DNA of 53,366 bases from Pseudomonadota bacterium (GCA_043825875.1 JBDRRF010000095.1:1-53366), one strand, 5' to 3'; numbered from the stretch's first letter, positions 38,668-49,043 are shown. Program-made: numbers and translations. Notes: generated by a model not told the origin, from the sequence alone.

Positions 38668-41217
38668 TCATGACCAGGTTAAAAATTCCTGGGTGCTTTT
38701 TATCCAGTCGTCACCTTTTGGTATTATTCTGGCTGTCAATCCGAATCTGCCGGTATCACAACAGGTTACTGCACAACTATAAATATAGCGGCCATTTCCG
38801 AGATTTTCTTCAACAGTCATAACAGCTGCTTTACCTTCAGTAACTGAATCAACGGATTGTATCTTACCGTAGTATATCTGAACATCTACTTCTTCGGGAA
38901 GAATTTCACCAAGAAAGACTTCTGTTGAGACATTAACGGTATCGCCAACACGAAAAGGGCCTTGATTTTGCCTTTTGGGCGGTTCTATCGTAATAAGTTT
39001 CCATAGCGAACTAAGGCGTTCCCGTTGCAATGAAAGTGCTCTTGCTTCTGCGCTGTTGTCTGATAAAAGACTTTTGTTGTTTTTAGCAGACGAAACATAA
39101 AATTTCTTTGTGTAATTTGAGACCATGACATGGCTGCAAAAATATTGCATTGCCATTTTCATGGATTCCTTCATTTTACTCACCCAAACCTGCGAATAAG
39201 TATTGTTTTTTCTGTCATAATAACAAGGAATAACTTCATCTGTTAAAAGATTATATAATGCTTGACTCTCAACATTATCCTGATATTCCGAGTCAAAATA
39301 TTCTTCTCCATTTCCGATTCGCCAGCCTCTTTCTTCAGAGTACCCTTCACACCACCATCCGTCAAGTATGCCGACATTGAGACCTCCGTTTATAGCAGAT
39401 TTCATTCCGGAAGTGCCGCATGCTTCAAAGGGACGCCTGGGAGTATTCAGCCAGACATCAGCTCCCTGCACCAGTATTTTGGCAATACTGATATCATAAT
39501 CTTCCAGAAAAATCAGGCGATGCCTTAACTCATGCTTTTGCGCAAAGCGTATTACATATTTTATAAGATCTTTTCCTTCCTGGTCTTTTGGGTGGGCTTT
39601 TCCTGCAAAAATGATTTGCACAGGATGTGTTTTGGAAGTCAGAATCGATTCAAGGCGATCAGGGTCCATAAATAAAAGATGAGATCTTTTATATGTTGCA
39701 AACCTGCGGGCAAATACAATTGTTAAAGCATCCTGGTCTAGTACCGATTCCACATCGCTCATAATCGATTTGGGAGTATTGCGTTTCCCATACTGTTTTA
39801 CCATAAGTTCCCGGCATTTACGGATAAGTCTGGTACGGTTCATTTCATGAATATGCCAGAGTTCTTCATCATAAATTCCATCAATGCGGTTCATAATTAC
39901 AGGATCCCACGGGTGTTTATTCCATCCGTGACCAAGATACCTGTCTAAGAGGAGGGCTATTTCATATGATATCCATGAGGGCACATGAACACCATTAGTG
40001 ATATGTGTTATTGGTATTTCATCAACCGGCCTGCCCGGCCAGGCATGCGCCCACATTTTACGGGCAACAGAGCCGTGAAGTTTGCTGACGCCATTACAAT
40101 ATTGAGCCATTTTAAGGCCAAGTATAAACATGGAAAACTGGCCTTCACCATCTTTCCATGCAGGTTTGGCCCATGATAAAATTTCCTTTTCAGTTGCTCC
40201 CAGTTTTTCTTTATAGGTTTCGATGTATGGTTTTACAATGTCTACAGGAAATACATCATGGCCTGCAATAACAGGAGTATGAGTTGTAAATACTGTAGAA
40301 CGGGGCACTATTTCAAGCGCTGTTTTTAAATCAATATTGTGTTTTGAAATAATCTGAGAAATACGTTCAATGCTTGCAAAAGTACAATGGCCTTCATTCA
40401 GATGAACTACATTGGGAAATATCCCCATGGCAGCTAAAGCGCGCATGCCGCCTATTCCCAAAAGCACTTCCTGGGCTAAGCGTTTATTCTGGTTGGCCGG
40501 GTATAAATTAGCTGTGATGTCCCTTACTTCAGGAGGGTTATCAGACAGATTGGTATCAAGTAAATAAAGCGCAATACGTCCGATATTTAACTTCCAGACA
40601 CGTGCACGAATATTGCCGTTTGGCCTGTCTATCGTTATGTATAATTCCTTTCCTGATAGATCGAGCGCTTTTTCAACCGGAATTTTATACAGGTCAGTTT
40701 CGGGATACTCCTCCTGTTGCATTCCGTCCTGGCTTAAGAATTGACGGAAGTATCCGTGTTTGTATAAAAGTCCGACCCCGGTCATAGGAAGCTTAAGATC
40801 AGAAGCAGCCTTCAGGTGGTCTCCGGCTAGAACTCCGAGACCGCCTGCAAAAAGAGGAATACACTCATGAATGCCGAATTCCATTGAAAAATATGCGATA
40901 TTATCATCATGTTGAAATATGGATCCCTGCATATCCGGTTTTGAAAGAACAGAGTTTTTGAAATTTTCTTCAATTCGTTTTTGATGAACGAGAAAACTCC
41001 CATCTTCGGCAAGTTCTTCAAGCCGTTCTTTTGGCGTATTGGTTAAAAATACTATCGGATTATGTTCTGATTTTTCCCAGAGCTTTGGGTCTATTCTTTT
41101 ATAAAGCTCTTTTGCATCGCTTTGCCAGCTCCACCATAGGTTTCGGGATAATGTATCCAAAAAAGACAGGGGTTCCGGTATGATGGGAAAAACCTGAAAA
41201 GGCTGTATATTTTTCAT
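38668..41217 (-). CDS. glgP: Alpha-glucan phosphorylase (GT35)
   Basis: YFSMEFG, AGGLGVLAGDHLK, HLNEGH, TNGVH, ARRFATYKR, EACGTSGMK (PLP lysine), LDGWWCEG. Confidence 0.96.
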   Translation of the reverse strand: MKNIQPFQVFPIIPEPLSFLDTLSRNLWWSWQSDAKELYKRIDPKLWEKSEHNPIVFLTNTPKERLEELAEDGSFLVHQKRIEENFKNSVLSKPDMQGSIFQHDDNIAYFSMEFGIHECIPLFAGGLGVLAGDHLKAASDLKLPMTGVGLLYKHGYFRQFLSQDGMQQEEYPETDLYKIPVEKALDLSGKELYITIDRPNGNIRARVWKLNIGRIALYLLDTNLSDNPPEVRDITANLYPANQNKRLAQEVLLGIGGMRALAAMGIFPNVVHLNEGHCTFASIERISQIISKHNIDLKTALEIVPRSTVFTTHTPVIAGHDVFPVDIVKPYIETYKEKLGATEKEILSWAKPAWKDGEGQFSMFILGLKMAQYCNGVSKLHGSVARKMWAHAWPGRPVDEIPITHITNGVHVPSWISYEIALLLDRYLGHGWNKHPWDPVIMNRIDGIYDEELWHIHEMNRTRLIRKCRELMVKQYGKRNTPKSIMSDVESVLDQDALTIVFARRFATYKRSHLLFMDPDRLESILTSKTHPVQIIFAGKAHPKDQEGKDLIKYVIRFAQKHELRHRLIFLEDYDISIAKILVQGADVWLNTPRRPFEACGTSGMKSAINGGLNVGILDGWWCEGYSEERGWRIGNGEEYFDSEYQDNVESQALYNLLTDEVIPCYYDRKNNTYSQVWVSKMKESMKMAMQYFCSHVMVSNYTKKFYVSSAKNNKSLLSDNSAEARALSLQRERLSSLWKLITIEPPKRQNQGPFRVGDTVNVSTEVFLGEILPEEVDVQIYYGKIQSVDSVTEGKAAVMTVEENLGNGRYIYSCAVTCCDTGRFGLTARIIPKGDDWIKSTQEFLTWS

Positions 41218-41242
41218 AATTCAAAATCCTCTATAAAAAAAA

Positions 41243-41370
41243 GGGTTCAAGGATTCGAGGATTCCAGAGTTCAAGGGTTGGTGCTCTTTCGCATCGTTAA
41301 GCAATATCAATATGAAGAAAGATGGCCTACCTTCACTTGACCCCTTGAATCCTTGACCCCTTGAATCCTT
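41243..41370. repeat. Inverted pair of 8-bp tandem repeat arrays
   Basis: GGGTTCAA GGATTCGA GGATTCCA GAGTTCAA (41243-41274) facing CTTGACCC CTTGAATC CTTGACCC CTTGAATC (41336-41367). Confidence 0.75.
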
Positions 41371-41379
41371 ATAAGTTTT

Positions 41380-44300
41380 TCATTTTAACAGTTTTAACCA
41401 TACACGCAAAAGTTCACTTGCGCCCCACGCCTGCGCATCGCATCCTCTTGCTTTGTGCGGATAATCTCCGTCAATAATTTCCGGCACATGCCCGGTACAC
41501 CCGTACATTATAAGTTGGGTTGAAGAAGAAAGCAAAGATAAAGCGCTGTATTTAGCTTTATCACCGTATGTCATGGCCCAGGCTTCACAAAAAGAAGGGA
41601 AAAGCCATGTCCATGCTGTGCCGTTATGATAAGCCGGCTTTCGTTTGGTATCTTCATCTCCTTCATAACTTCCCTTATATGGATTCAAAGGATCATTAAG
41701 AGCTGTGCCGTAATGTTTTATCTCAAGCGGTCTGTTTACCCGCCTGTCGGCAAGACTTCTGATAGCACCCGGAACAAGAAGTTCATCACAGGCAGAAAGA
41801 ATTTTTTCACACAAGGAAAAATCTGAAACAGCGCCAAGAGTTATTGCAAGAAGCTGGTTTGGTCTCAATGCATCGTCTTTCTCGGCTTTTCGTGCCGGTA
41901 TTCCTGATGAAGCATAAAGGCAGTCTGAAAGATAACCCCCTTCAAGCGGAAAGAGTTCATAAATGGATTGTTGTATTTTTGTTGCAAGGGTGCTCCATTT
42001 GTCTGATGAACCGGAATCAATTTGTGAAAGAAGCAAAAGCGCTTTGTACCACAGAGCCTGAATTTCAATGGGATAACCTTCCCGCGGAGTACAAGCAGGG
42101 TAGTTGGTATCCATCCATGTAAAATGTGCCGGGCTGAATAATAATCCTGAGTCATTATCCATGTAAATCCCATTGGGAGTACCTGATATCAAACGGTTTG
42201 CAGTAGAAATCAGTATAGAGCCGATATCTCTGTCATCCAGTTTTTGCTTTAGAAAAGAATCTTCACCTTTGGCGACTACCAAGTCGGAACAGGCGACAAA
42301 AAGCCATAAAGGTGCATCGGAAGTGTCTCTGTTTGCGGCATCATGCCCACTTATCATATTCGGAATTGTTCCGTCTTTTTCAAATCTTGCAAACTGTTTT
42401 ATTACAAGTTCTGAATCCTTATACTTGCCGGCAGCAATCATTCCTCTTGTAAATATAAGAGAATCGCGCCCCCAGTCAAGAAACCAGGGGTATCCGGCTA
42501 TTATTGATTTATAAGATCCCCTGCTTACTATATAGTTATCAAGAGCCAGCTTAAGTGCGTCTTCAATTTTTATGCTGGTAATCCGTTTTTCAGATAATGA
42601 ATCGGTCTTTTCTAAAGGATGTGGAATTACTGGTTTATGCTTTGTTATATTACCGACGTCGGCAGATAAAACACATTCTTCTCCACCGTTTAGTAATGTA
42701 TGGAAATACCCCGGGCTAAACAGGTCCGAATCCGGATCAAGACCCCTTTGTGCTTCTATCTGTCTATGGATCATATACTGCCATTGGGGTTCTGAAACAA
42801 AATCACCTTTTGAAATATTGACCGAAAGAGCATTTTCTCTTTCGGGCGCAAATACAAATCCGGAAGACTTTGCCGAAACAGCGTTCGGCCAAAAATTTTC
42901 GGGGCCTTTGAATGCCTTTGTTGTTTCATGAAAACTGCGGTATTCAATATCCGGTCTTAATATAAGCCGTATGGCTTTAGCATCGGATAAAGTTCTATCC
43001 TGCTTATTTGAATGCAAACGGGTAAAAGTAATGCGGACTGAGTTTTTATCATTAACCATTTGAAGCTTAATATTAAGATGAATGTGTTCGCCCTGGCTTG
43101 TAGGTATGCGGTAACGCCAGAGCCCGCCCTCTTTATAATCAAATTCAAATAAGTCAAAGCAATCCGAGCAGATATCCTGAGAAAAACCCTGATATACTAC
43201 CCATGCCCGGCATCTTGAAAATACAACAAGCCTGTCAACAGGATATTCGGAATTGGTATTTGCTGCAAGTATTGCATCGTATTTGCTGTTTAATGTTCCC
43301 CAGAAAACAGGGACATGAAGCATTGCACCACGTCCGTTCGTATCAAGCATCACAGTATGGTTTTTAAGCAATTGAGAACGGGTGAACACCCTTTTGATTC
43401 TGGTATCAACTGGCTCAGATAAATAAAGAAGAGGCGCTTTTGTATGTTTTGCAAGGCCGTACTCATAAACTGTAAGTTTAAGAGTCAGTTGCCGGTGCTT
43501 TATAGGTTTTTGAAGAGGAGAAAAAAGGGCAAAAAACAAACCATCAAAACGAGGCAGGCTTTCTTCATTGGATAAAACATAATTCCCATCAGTTATTTGA
43601 GCCTGAAAAGGTTTGTCTGCAACTGCCATCAGAAAATGTGAGGGCGGAACCATTACTTCCCGCTTTGCATCATTAGGCCAGTTCCATATTTTTACTCTTG
43701 TTTCACCGGAAAACGAATTAAAACTCCGGCAAAACTCTTCCGGGTTATCAGCAAGGGACTTTGATGCATTTTCAATATCAAAGTCTCCTATGTCTTTATT
43801 TCCCTTATACAGCAACAGAATCTCAAGCGCTTTTGCATTCATTTTCTGTTTTGCAACTTTATCAGGTACAATAAAATCTTTGTCAGATTTAATATTTATA
43901 AGCTCAAGATCATTTTCATCGTTTGTCAGACACAGTACCATACCCGGATTAAGCAGATATGAATTATAATTGTCATTTGATTCCACATGAATTTTTCTTG
44001 ATGTAATAAGGTCAATGTATGTTGTATCTTTCATCCCGGATTTTTTAGCATTCCAGGAAGCATGCGTTTGATTGTAATCATCAAGATTTGCAACTATAAG
44101 CAGTTTTTTGCCACTTAAAATGTTATTACGAAGAAGGGCAATATAATTTCCTTCTCCATGCTGGATTAAACTCAATTGGGTTTTATTAAAAAATGCCGGG
44201 TGAGCTTTAAGAATATTTGAAAGTGTTTTTATATGATCGACCTGGTTGTCTTCTGCTCCCCAGTTAAGAGAAGATGCGCCATGTACATTGATTTTTTCTG

Positions 44301-45672
44301 TAGCAAACCATTCAACCCCATTTGCAAAACCAAAAGATCCTTCACAAGATAACAGAGCGCAAAGTGCGGTTCGCATTTTCGCATATATTTTGGAACGGGA
44401 AGCAAGCCTTTTATTATCATGGGTTTCGGCAAAATGGAGAAGAATACCATCTTCGGAAGATATAGCATTTGCGCCGGGAAGGTAATTTTCCAACTGGCCC
44501 CGATCGTAATTTTGAAACAATTCGGAATAAGCCATATTGAAATTACCACTGCTTAAAATATCACGCGTAGCGGATATTTTGCCTCCCAGTCCTTCCAGAA
44601 AGAAAATAGTATCCGGGAATTGATCTCTAACTATTGATACGATAAAGCGCCATGCAGAAAGGGGAATCATATAACCGGCGTCGCAGCGGAATCCGTCAAC
44701 ACCTCTGCGGCACCACGTAAGAAATATATTGGCCATATAATCCCACATATCTTTCTTTGAGTAATCTAACTTTGTAAGATCTTCCCAGCGCATACCCCAT
44801 GCCCCCGGAACTTGAATATGACCGTCTTCGCTGCGTACAAGCCACTCAGGGTTGGTTTCATGCAGAGATGCCGCCCATCCGGTATGATTAATTGCTATGT
44901 CTATTAAAATTTTTGCGCTGCGGGCGTGAATGGCATCGACCAGCTCAATAAACTGTTCAAGCGGGGTTGCTTTGGTATCAAATTCTGCTAAAGCGGAATC
45001 AACTGCTGTAAAGCTTAATGCTGCATATGGACTGCCGAAACGGCCCATTCTGGCATATGTTGTAGGGGTAGGGTTGATAGGGAGAAGCTGAATAGCTCTG
45101 CATCCTAGTTTGCCTATAATAAAATCAAGTTCACGGATAAGATCACGAAATTTGCCCGACGGAGGTATTACCGTATAACCTTTTGTATCAAGGTTTTGTA
45201 TCCAGTTTTCTTCTGTTTGATTTGCACCCCCCCTGCCTTCCTTGTTAGGTCCGAATTGTCGTATAAAAGCATTGTAGATTATATTTGCGCAACATGTTGC
45301 GGCAGGTTCAACATTTATTACAGTATTTTGGCCGTCCGGCCAGATCGGATCAATATCATCTTTTTTTAAAAAGAAACATTTGGCTTCAAAATGCCCGACT
45401 TCGCAAAGAGGTACGGTAATAACAAAAGTCAGGTCATCAGTTTTTATCATTGGAAGATCAAACCAGTCTCTTCCTAAAGGCGGTTCATCGTAAAATACTT
45501 CTCTTATGATTTCGTTTCTTGTAGTTTTTGCCTGGCCCAAATTTGTGCGAAGCCATGCATTTCCTTTAAGAGGAGTTGAGAGAGTTAGAGTAAAAGTCTG
45601 CGAATCGCCCCGAAACATCAGGATATGAGTTCCGGGGAAGGGATTCTGGGATACCCGGACTATGTTTCCCAT
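41380..45672 (-). CDS. Glycogen debranching enzyme (GH13-like N-terminal domain plus amylo-alpha-1,6-glucosidase GH133-like C-terminal domain)
   Basis: GSPYA, DIAINHT, GVDGFRCDAGY, HFAETHD (GH13); IIAGYPWFLDWGRD, HFTWMDT, LRPNQL, AYHNGTAWTWL, GCDAQAWG. Confidence 0.9.
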   Translation of the reverse strand: MGNIVRVSQNPFPGTHILMFRGDSQTFTLTLSTPLKGNAWLRTNLGQAKTTRNEIIREVFYDEPPLGRDWFDLPMIKTDDLTFVITVPLCEVGHFEAKCFFLKKDDIDPIWPDGQNTVINVEPAATCCANIIYNAFIRQFGPNKEGRGGANQTEENWIQNLDTKGYTVIPPSGKFRDLIRELDFIIGKLGCRAIQLLPINPTPTTYARMGRFGSPYAALSFTAVDSALAEFDTKATPLEQFIELVDAIHARSAKILIDIAINHTGWAASLHETNPEWLVRSEDGHIQVPGAWGMRWEDLTKLDYSKKDMWDYMANIFLTWCRRGVDGFRCDAGYMIPLSAWRFIVSIVRDQFPDTIFFLEGLGGKISATRDILSSGNFNMAYSELFQNYDRGQLENYLPGANAISSEDGILLHFAETHDNKRLASRSKIYAKMRTALCALLSCEGSFGFANGVEWFATEKINVHGASSLNWGAEDNQVDHIKTLSNILKAHPAFFNKTQLSLIQHGEGNYIALLRNNILSGKKLLIVANLDDYNQTHASWNAKKSGMKDTTYIDLITSRKIHVESNDNYNSYLLNPGMVLCLTNDENDLELINIKSDKDFIVPDKVAKQKMNAKALEILLLYKGNKDIGDFDIENASKSLADNPEEFCRSFNSFSGETRVKIWNWPNDAKREVMVPPSHFLMAVADKPFQAQITDGNYVLSNEESLPRFDGLFFALFSPLQKPIKHRQLTLKLTVYEYGLAKHTKAPLLYLSEPVDTRIKRVFTRSQLLKNHTVMLDTNGRGAMLHVPVFWGTLNSKYDAILAANTNSEYPVDRLVVFSRCRAWVVYQGFSQDICSDCFDLFEFDYKEGGLWRYRIPTSQGEHIHLNIKLQMVNDKNSVRITFTRLHSNKQDRTLSDAKAIRLILRPDIEYRSFHETTKAFKGPENFWPNAVSAKSSGFVFAPERENALSVNISKGDFVSEPQWQYMIHRQIEAQRGLDPDSDLFSPGYFHTLLNGGEECVLSADVGNITKHKPVIPHPLEKTDSLSEKRITSIKIEDALKLALDNYIVSRGSYKSIIAGYPWFLDWGRDSLIFTRGMIAAGKYKDSELVIKQFARFEKDGTIPNMISGHDAANRDTSDAPLWLFVACSDLVVAKGEDSFLKQKLDDRDIGSILISTANRLISGTPNGIYMDNDSGLLFSPAHFTWMDTNYPACTPREGYPIEIQALWYKALLLLSQIDSGSSDKWSTLATKIQQSIYELFPLEGGYLSDCLYASSGIPARKAEKDDALRPNQLLAITLGAVSDFSLCEKILSACDELLVPGAIRSLADRRVNRPLEIKHYGTALNDPLNPYKGSYEGDEDTKRKPAYHNGTAWTWLFPSFCEAWAMTYGDKAKYSALSLLSSSTQLIMYGCTGHVPEIIDGDYPHKARGCDAQAWGASELLRVWLKLLK

Positions 45673-45678
45673 GGAGCG

Positions 45679-46185
45679 TTATCCTTCCAGAATATGTTTT
45701 GCAAGATGCCCCAGTTCAGGAAAAATCAAGGCTTTGCAAGCAAGTTTACAGGCTTTCAAGCTTCCCGGCATACAAAAAACAATTGCATTTCCTATAATTC
45801 CTGCTGTGGCTCGGGATAACAGTGCCGCTGAATCTATTTCCTCAAAACTAAGCTGGCTGAAAATAGGCCCAAAAGCTGTAAGTTCCTTTTCAAACAATGG
45901 ACGAACCGCTTCAATTGTAACATCTTTACTGCTTATCCCGGTGCCTCCGGTCAATAAAAGAGCCTGAACTCTTTGCTCGTGAATTGCTTCAATGATAGTC
46001 TCTGTTATTTTATATATATCATCAGGTACGACCTGATAGAATATTACTTCATGCCCTTCTTTAATTGCCAGTTTATTTATCCAGGCACCGCTCTCATCGT
46101 TTTTTTCCGTTCTTGTTGATGATACGGAAATAATGCCCATTCTGATTCTTTTAGGGGCATGTGCTTTGTGTTCATTAACGCTCAT
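45679..46185 (-). CDS. moaB: MogA/MoaB family molybdenum cofactor biosynthesis protein
   Basis: DESG, VVPDD, TGGTGISSKDVTIEA, LSRATAG, MPGS. Confidence 0.88.
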   Translation of the reverse strand: MSVNEHKAHAPKRIRMGIISVSSTRTEKNDESGAWINKLAIKEGHEVIFYQVVPDDIYKITETIIEAIHEQRVQALLLTGGTGISSKDVTIEAVRPLFEKELTAFGPIFSQLSFEEIDSAALLSRATAGIIGNAIVFCMPGSLKACKLACKALIFPELGHLAKHILEG

Positions 46186-46724
46186 TATTTACCTTTTTCC
46201 AGAACAACTTTGTCTATACCGTCATGCTCGGATACAAGAACATTTACGGTTTCTGTCAAGCCTGTTGAAATATGCTTGCCGACATAATTTGCTTGAATAG
46301 GAAGTTCCCTGTGTCCCCTGTCTACAAGTACGGCAAGCTCGATACGATCCGGTCTTCCGTAATCCATGATTGCATCCATAGCAGCCCTTATAGTCCTTCC
46401 GGTAAAGAGAACATCATCCACCAGTACAATCTGTTTTTCATCTATTGAAAAGAAAATATCGGTTGCCTGAACTACAGGATTATTAGTTATTTTTGTCCAG
46501 TCATCGCGATAAAGCGTAATATCAATAATTCCAGCCGGTATTTCAATACCCTCGATTTTTTTTATTAATGCCTGTATTCTTTTGGCCAGAAAAACACCGC
46601 GGGTTTGAATTCCTATAAGTGAAAGGTTTTTTGTGCCCTTATGAACTTCAAGAATTTCATGGGTAATTCTTGTGACAATACGTTCTATATCTGCTGCATC
46701 CAGTATGGGCTGTATATTTTCCAT
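46185..46724 (-). CDS. pyrR: Bifunctional pyr regulator / uracil phosphoribosyltransferase
   Basis: RITHEILE, GIQTRG, DITLYRDD, LVDDVLFTGRTIRAAMDA, VDRGHRELPI. Confidence 0.96.
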   Translation of the reverse strand: MENIQPILDAADIERIVTRITHEILEVHKGTKNLSLIGIQTRGVFLAKRIQALIKKIEGIEIPAGIIDITLYRDDWTKITNNPVVQATDIFFSIDEKQIVLVDDVLFTGRTIRAAMDAIMDYGRPDRIELAVLVDRGHRELPIQANYVGKHISTGLTETVNVLVSEHDGIDKVVLEKGK

Positions 46725-46847
46725 GGTTTCCTCTGGTTATGTATATGCTTGATATGTTTAATCATCTTATTTTAACCAAATTAACATAACAAATATGGGC
46801 AATTATAACATGCATACTGTTTTGTTCAAGAAATAAATATTTTGATT

Positions 46848-47099
46848 ATGGAAATATCCGATTTGATAAGCCATATGGTTAAAGACAGAACAAACAATCT
46901 GCTTTTGGCTGCCGAAAAAAAATCCGAAAGATTTATTGATGATTTTGCACTGGAAGATCTTTTCGTTATTGATATGGAAACAGAAACTGTGGAAGAAATT
47001 ACTTCCGCTTATATCCCGGCAAAGAAAAAACAAGAGAACAAACCGGAAAAGAAACCTGCTGTTTTGCCTAAAACCAAAACAACTACAAATCTCAAATAA
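46848..47099 (+). CDS. Small hypothetical protein
   Basis: Plausible ORF divergent from pyrR, acidic core and Lys/Pro-rich tail; no recognisable motif. Confidence 0.5.
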   Translation: MEISDLISHMVKDRTNNLLLAAEKKSERFIDDFALEDLFVIDMETETVEEITSAYIPAKKKQENKPEKKPAVLPKTKTTTNLK

Positions 47100-47134
47100 T
47101 TTCCGATTAGAGGTCAAATATAAACCTTGTTATT

Positions 47135-47335
47135 CTATCTGTCAAAACGTAGCGGTACCCCAAGTTTATTTAATATTTCGGACATCACAGTATCAGGAAT
47201 TTTGTCATAGAATTCTGTATTTCTTATTTTCCAGTCAAGACTTTTAACCTGGTCGGATAAAGCAGCACCAGTTACTTTTAGACATGGAGTAATAATGACT
47301 TCAAAAGGATAACCTTTTATTTGATTAGTTACCGG
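47135..47335 (-). pseudogene. mazF: C-terminal half of a MazF/PemK toxin
   Basis: Startless frame PVTNQIKGYPFEV...TGAALSDQVKSLDWKIR closely resembles E. coli MazF (KGYPFEV, LADQVKSIAW); N-terminus and antitoxin absent. Confidence 0.8.
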
Positions 47336-47846
47336 TTTGATAACATTACAGTATTGCCTTTTACTGACTTCTTAAAAGCCCTTTTTGCCGGAGGTGTGTA
47401 TTAAATATAAAGAGAAAACTGTCTGTTACAATTAGTTCCTTCTTTGCTAATATATGACATTTGTGTTATGGGCATATTAATTCTGTTTTTTGAATCGCAC
47501 AGCGAGCACATTTGTCGTTACCTACAGTTGGGAGCTTCAATCAAAAAAGATTTAAAAGAAAAGAGCTAAAGCTTGAAATTGTTTTTCAGATATTTTTAGC
47601 ATTTGGATTTATCCTGTTAATAGTGTAGTTAATCGCTTTTGATTGATATGCTGCTCAATTATGGTGGCAGTATTATTGAACGTGTTTAAAAAGCAGTTAC
47701 AGTTAGGAAATTAGGGCAAGAGATTCAAACTTTAAAAGAAAAAGTAATTAATGGTCAAATATAGTCATTGTATTTGAAATAAAAGTACTTTAATTCTAAC
47801 ACTGCTTGAAAGTGTTAGAAGGACTCAAGTTGATGTGGGAGGTTTT

Positions 47847-48626
47847 ATGGATGCGTCTCAGGTTTCTATCATACACCTTGCCGGTGAAGGTGTGCTGCAA
47901 AAGGAGCTCACCCATCTTGGCATTTTAATAGTGCTAATAATTTTTGCAATAATTTGGACACGTCGGCATAGCTATCTTAGCATTCCGACGCTATTAGGTA
48001 TTGGTGGATTTAGCGTTTTTTGGCAGGAATTTTATGCCGATTGGGGTGCTTATTTACTATGGAGCGATAAATATCACGTATTCCCATTTTGGGGTCCCAC
48101 AATGTGGACCACTCCGATAAAACCGATAGATGTTCTGTCGGCTTATCCGGTGTTCTTTGTCGTGGCGTTCTCGCCGATGCTCGCGCTGACCCGACGCGCG
48201 GTTGCTAAATTTAAAAATACGTCTCCGCTGCTTGTCTGTTTATTAACAGCCGGCCCCCTTCTTGCCTTCATAAACTTAGGGCTTGAATATGTTTCTGTTG
48301 TAAAAGCTGGCCAATGGACGTATGTGGAAGTTCTTGGCCCCGCAATCACCACGATCAAGGGGCAGCAGCCCTTAATTACCCAAAATATTCCGTTCGGAAT
48401 TTTTGGAGCGGTACTCTGCTACCTGATTCTGAAGCTGGATGATCAAGGAAAGCCGACTTTCGAAAGGATAACCCATCCAGAGCGGGCATCCACCGTATGG
48501 GGACGTGAAGGGCGTCGCGCTTTTGCATGGATGATAGTTTGGAACCTGTGCTACTGGTTTCTGTTGTGTACCCCGCTGATCGCAATACGCTTAATGTTCG
48601 GCCCCCCTAGCGCGCTTGTACCATAG
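47847..48626 (+). CDS. Spirocyclase AveC-like integral membrane protein
   Basis: FWQEFYADW...W...P.KP....AY, LE......G.WTY, QQPL, LDDQGKPTFER pattern as in AveC-like proteins; ATG 47847 after GGAGG. Confidence 0.65.
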   Translation: MDASQVSIIHLAGEGVLQKELTHLGILIVLIIFAIIWTRRHSYLSIPTLLGIGGFSVFWQEFYADWGAYLLWSDKYHVFPFWGPTMWTTPIKPIDVLSAYPVFFVVAFSPMLALTRRAVAKFKNTSPLLVCLLTAGPLLAFINLGLEYVSVVKAGQWTYVEVLGPAITTIKGQQPLITQNIPFGIFGAVLCYLILKLDDQGKPTFERITHPERASTVWGREGRRAFAWMIVWNLCYWFLLCTPLIAIRLMFGPPSALVP

Positions 48627-48916
48627 CGAATCATGAAGACATCGGGGTCGGTCTATCTATTTACTATTCATACCGCAGGGGAAGATGGACCTTTCTTTAT
48701 CAGGCGTAAGTTTATCGGTGAAACGTGACGAAAAAATAGTGGATGAGGCCGGTTATTGTCACATTGAAAAATAACAAATATAGAACTAAAGGGCGTACCC
48801 ACACTGACCCTGGTCGATATGACACCAAAATTATGAAATGGAGTACTTAGCGCCAGTGAGCCCAACGTCTTCTACTGAGAAACACTAAGTTATTTTATCA
48901 AGTTTTGCTCATAAAA

Positions 48917-48951
48917 ATTGAATATCGAATATTGAACAAGAAATTTCGAAT
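48917..48951. repeat. Short heptamer tandem repeat
   Basis: ATTGAAT ATCGAAT ATTGAAC AAGAAAT TTCGAAT. Confidence 0.45.
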
Positions 48952-49043
48952 TAAGAAATTTTTCAATTCTTAATCTTTGCAGTTTTAATGCCTGTAACAA
49001 CAAATATTGATAGCAGTACCACTAAGAAAGCAGGATATTGATT

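Noticed and set aside
41243..41370. Possible CRISPR array
   Set aside because: 8-bp tandem units without unique spacers; no cas genes
46725..46850. PyrR-binding attenuator upstream of pyrR
   Set aside because: No conserved PyrR-binding loop or terminator/antiterminator visible, and no pyr biosynthetic genes follow
47400..47830. Possible decayed gene upstream of the AveC-like gene
   Set aside because: Multiple stops in all frames and no identifiable family
48630..48900. Possible REP/attC remnant (GGGGTCGGTCTATC; GCCCAAC) downstream of the AveC-like gene
   Set aside because: Only short motifs with no complementary arm; cannot be supported
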